Of a stretch of 64,000 nt of DNA, positions 60,008 to 64,000 are shown in pieces; the first letter of the stretch is position 1; each line of letters starts with the position of its first letter. Position numbers and translations under genes: made by a program. Source of the DNA: an uncultured Chloroflexia bacterium (lineage in GTDB: Bacteria; Chloroflexota; Limnocylindria; Limnocylindrales; CSP1-4); assembly GCA_963760625.1 (NCBI GenBank), contig CAVXDU010000004.1, positions 66,050 to 130,049 of the forward strand, in the 5' to 3' direction. The notes below the pieces were generated by a model. The model was not told the origin of the DNA and made no database searches. It saw nothing but the letters and a program-made list of their open reading frames with translations.

Positions 60008-61424
60008 CGGCGTCTCCCTCGCCGGCTGCTGCGTCCCTTCGCCGGCCTGATGGTCCCTGCCGCGCTGTCCGTCGCCGAGCGCTTGGGGGCACTCGGGGTG
60101 CCTCCAGGGCCCGGCTCAGGCGGTCGCGGGGTGATTGGCGCTACTGGGATATCGCGGCGTGTGGTTGACCGCGAACCCGGGTGTCCAGCCAAAGAGCGGG
60201 AAGAGCCCGCCCCAGCCGTTGATGAGGTACTGCTGGACGATGGAGAAGATGGTGGTGGTGATCCAGTAGATGAACAGGCCTGCCGGCAGGAACCAGCCGT
60301 AGATGAGCGAGAACAGCGGCAGGATGAGGAACACTCGCTGCTGGGTGCGCTGCTGCGGGTCCTCGTCTGGGCGTCGACATCATGCGCGTCTGGACCAGCT
60401 GCAGCAGGGCCGAGGCGAGCGCCAGGAGCGACAGCCCGAACACGCCCGGGATGACCATGAGGAAGATCTCGGGCAGGTTGGCGGGCATGCCGCCGGGGTA
60501 GAACTGAGAGGCTGCCGTTGGTGATCTGGGGCAGCCAGGCGAGCCACCAGACGTTGGGGTTGATGCACGGCGCCAGCGGGTTGGTCGGGTCGTAGCAGGT
60601 CACCGTGATGACCGGGTTGCCGAAGACCTGGAGCATCGAGGTGATGTTGGGCGCGTTGAGTCCCTGGCTGAACACCTGGTACATGGGCATCAGCAGCAGC
60701 AGCTGGAGCACGGCCGGCAGGCAGCCCGACGCCGGGTTGACGCCCCGGTCCCGGTACAGCTTCATCTGCTCTTCGGAGATCTTGGCCCGGTTGCCCTTGT
60801 ACTTGACCTGGATGGCCTTGAGCTCCGGCTGGAGCATCTGCATCCGGCGCTGGGACACGATCTGCTTGCGGAACAGGGGCACCAGCAGCAGCCGGATGAT
60901 GATGCGTCAGGACGACGATCGCGGTGCCGATGTCGCCGAACAGGTTGTAGAGCACCGCGAGGCCCATGAACAGGACCTGGAAGATGGGCGTGAACGCCCA
61001 GGCCAGGAGGCTGATGGGGTCGACCCCGTTGGGCTGCGCGGGGCACAGGTTGGGGTGCGGCGTGGGCGCCGGCGTTGGCATGGGTGTGGCGGTCTGACCG
61101 GGCGCGAGGCTCTGGGGCGCCGGCGTGGGCGTGGCGGGCGGCGGGGTCGGGTTGGGGCAGGGCGGCGGGGTGGCCGTCGGAGAGGCGACCGCGCGCCCGA
61201 TGCCGCCGGTGAGCCAGCGGCCCGTCGGCGCCGCGACGACGGTCGTGCTGGCCGCGGAGCGCCGTCGGCGAGCGACCGGGCGCCGTCGCTGGCGTCGGGG
61301 CGACGGTCGCGCGCGGGTCGGGGCGACCGTGGCCGAGCTGCGACCGGGCGATGGCCGCCGACGCGCCGGAGGTCGGCGACCGAGGGCGGTGACCACGACC
61401 GCGAGCGAGCATCGCGATGAACAT
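60004..61424 (-). CDS. yidC: Membrane protein insertase YidC with a Pro/Thr/Ala-rich N-terminal extension and a basic C-terminal tail; many frame breaks
   Basis: ISLLAWAFTPIFQVLFMGLAVLYNLFGDIGTAIVVLT, LFRKQIVSQRRMQMLQPELKAIQVKYKGN, MKLYRDRGVNPASGCLPAVLQLLLLMPMY, LPAGLFIYWITTTIFSIVQQYLI, tail KGRSSRRGRRR whose stop overlaps the jag ATG. Confidence 0.85.
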
Positions 61425-61494
61425 CGCGCAGCGGTCGCATGGCGCGAACAGGTACGGCGCGAAGGATGCCCGCGGACGCGGGCGCGACGGACGC

Positions 61495-61702
61495 TCAACG
61501 GACGGGGTCGTAGCCGCCGGGATGCCAGGGACCGCAGCGGGCGATGCGACGTGGCACCCATCCACGACCCCTCGAGCAGGCCGTAGCGCTCGATCGCCTG
61601 CTCCGTGTAGCGGGAGCAGCTGGGCTCGAACCGGCAGCGAGCGCGGCATCCAGGCGAACAGGATCCGATAGAGGTGGATAGCCCGATGCCGACGCGCTTC
61701 AC
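61495..61702 (-). CDS. yidD: Membrane protein insertion efficiency factor YidD; frame breaks
   Basis: CRFEPSCSRYTEQAIERYGLLEGSWMG, then (other frame) RCGPWHPGGYDPV. Confidence 0.75.
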
Positions 61703-61709
61703 GTCCTCG

Positions 61710-62047
61710 TCATCCTTCCCGCGTCCCGGTGACCAGGAGCCGCACGACCGCCTGGCGCAAGCTCGCCGAAGCCTGCCGCTGGCGCTGGCCGGGCGGCAGA
61801 CCACCAGGACGTCCCAGCCACTGCTGGCCGGCCGGCCCGATGCCGAAGGATCTCCTTGATCCGCCGTCCGGACCCGGTTGCGCACGACGGCACCACCCAC
61901 GCGTCGCCCGGTCGAGATGGCGAACCGGTCACGCCCCAGCTCGTTCCGACGGACGCGGACCGCCAGCAGCGGGTGGTTCCGGCTGCGACCGTCCGCCTGC
62001 AGCGCGGCGAAGTCGCGCGGAGCGCGCAGCATCTCTGGTTGGCTCAT
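61710..62047 (-). CDS. rnpA: Ribonuclease P protein component; frame breaks
   Basis: MLRAPRDFAALQADGRSRNHPLLAVRVRRNELGRDRFAISTGRRVGGAVVRNRVRRRIKEILR. Position is between rpmH and yidD. Confidence 0.8.
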
Positions 62048-62083
62048 CGAGCGGCACCCGCGTGCGTGTGGGCGCGGGCGCGG

Positions 62084-62221
62084 TCAGGCGGACAGCTTCT
62101 GGCGGCCCTTGGCGCGTCGGGCGGCCAGCACCTTGCGGCCACCCTGCGTCTTCATCCGGGCGCGGAAGCCATGCTCCTTGGCGCGATGTCGCTTCTTGGG
62201 CTGATACGTCTGCTTGGTCAT
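62084..62221 (-). CDS. rpmH: 50S ribosomal protein L34
   Basis: [45 protein letters not shown] (45 aa). Confidence 0.95.
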   Translation of the reverse strand: MTKQTYQPKKRHRAKEHGFRARMKTQGGRKVLAARRAKGRQKLSA

Positions 62222-62411
62222 CGGTGGGCCTGATGGCTCCTGTGGTCGGGGCTCGATGGTGGACGGGAGTCGCTGACTCGTCCGGTCGGATCGCGATGGG
62301 TCTGGTGCGCTCCGGGCGCCGGGCACGAGTCGAGTGCCACGCACAGATCGCGCGGCGCCTCCACGTCCGGCGGATGATATACCACCAACCCGGCGTGTGT
62401 GCCCGGACCCA

Positions 62412-62791
62412 GTGGAGGCATGCGTGCCCGGACCCAGACCATTCCTGCCACCCGGCAGCGCGACCATCGACGACTTCCGGCGCCTGGACCTGCGCGTCGG
62501 CCGGATCGTGGCGGCGCGGACCTTCCCCGAGGCACGCAAGCCCGCCTACCAGCTGGACATCGACTTCGGGCCCGGGGGCATGCGCCGCTCGTCGGCCCAG
62601 CTGCCCGGCACCTACCCCGATCCCGCGGCCCTGGTCGGCCGCCTGGTGGTCTGCGTGGTGAACTTCCCGCCCCGACGCGATCGCGGGCTTCACGAGCGAG
62701 GTCCTGGTGCTCGGCGGCGCTGCCAGCGGACGGCCGCATCCCGCTGCTGGGCGTCGACGCGGGCGCCGAGCCGGGTGACCCCGTCGGCTGA
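62412..62791 (+). CDS. csaA: tRNA-binding domain protein (CsaA/EMAP-II-like OB fold); one frame break about 62680; start uncertain
   Basis: [73 protein letters not shown], end AEPGDPVG. Confidence 0.7.
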
Positions 62792-62831
62792 GCACGACCC
62801 GGGCACGGCCGCCACGCAGCGGCCCCGCACG

Positions 62832-62848
62832 ATACTCCCGGGGAGTAT
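62832..62848. repeat. Perfect 8+1+8 palindrome ATACTCCC-G-GGGAGTAT
   Basis: Read directly. It lies 41 nt downstream of the csaA-like stop and about 220 nt upstream of dnaA. Confidence 0.6.
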
Positions 62849-63068
62849 GCCGGATGGCGGTTGCGGGTCGCCGGATGGAGCGCTAACGTATGCCGCCCGG
62901 GTCGCCCAGCGGACGCCCCGGAGACCTGCCGGAGCCCACCGGCCGGCCGCCGTCCGTGCGGCCTCGGGCTTCCGGACCACGGGTCACAAGCCGCCCCTGT
63001 GGAGCGGGTCTGACGACCGGCGCGCAGGCTGCGCGGGCGGACGCGGCCAGGAGCGATGACGGCTATCG

Positions 63069-64000
<932 letters not shown>

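Noticed and set aside
60950-61250. Repetitive CCG/CCC/ACG-rich DNA that could be mistaken for a tandem repeat or CRISPR-like array
   Set aside because: It is imperfect and has no repeat-spacer periodicity. It translates into the Pro/Thr/Ala-rich linker of YidC. No CRISPR array was seen anywhere in the window.
61669-61677. DnaA-box-like words (GGTGGATAG at 61669-61677; CTGTGGACG near 49573)
   Set aside because: These are isolated 7/9 matches, one of them inside coding sequence, as expected by chance. They do not form a cluster.
60380-62047. Single 555-aa minus-strand ORF that appears to fuse rnpA, yidD and yidC
   Set aside because: It is a read-through caused by frame breaks. The recognisable RnpA, YidD (CRFEPSCSRY) and YidC segments are separate genes in the normal order, each partly in other frames.

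Overview
This is a very GC-rich bacterial chromosomal window; I judged GC by eye and did not compute it. It carries two blocks of origin-type housekeeping genes. The left block is parA-parB-gyrB-(alkD-like)-gyrA-prs at 17-25.5 kb. The right block is jag-yidC-yidD-rnpA-rpmH, then a csaA-like gene, then dnaA at 59-64 kb. Other core genes are rpmE, rpmA, rplU, mreD-mrdA-rodA, secA, prfB, ftsE-ftsX-ctpA, smpB and a tmRNA gene. Between the two blocks lie two carbohydrate loci. One is a CebR/CebEFG/BglC-like beta-glucoside locus at 2.2-10.9 kb. The other is a 15-kb polyol/ketose locus at 31.5-46.2 kb with four sugar kinases, two SDRs, an ABC importer, an RpiB-type isomerase and a HisC/HisN-like enzyme pair. 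A small accessory patch follows the tmRNA gene: an APH(3')-like kinase, a Kelch-like secreted protein, a TSP3-repeat/SGNH hydrolase and a secreted unknown. I recognised no rRNA, tRNA, CRISPR array, transposase, integrase or obvious defence system, and I cannot point to a clear novel multi-gene system. The best leads are: (1) an 81-aa Cys-rich ORF with a duplicated CX3CX2C motif that abuts the prfB start codon; (2) HisC-like and HisN-like genes embedded in the polyol-kinase operon; (3) a split parS-like site and a LAGLIDADG-like ORF upstream of parA. Important caveat: nearly every long gene, including essential ones, is broken into several reading frames. This looks like assembly indel error, so most CDS boundaries below are approximate. 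One frameshift, in prfB, is the genuine programmed +1 recoding site.
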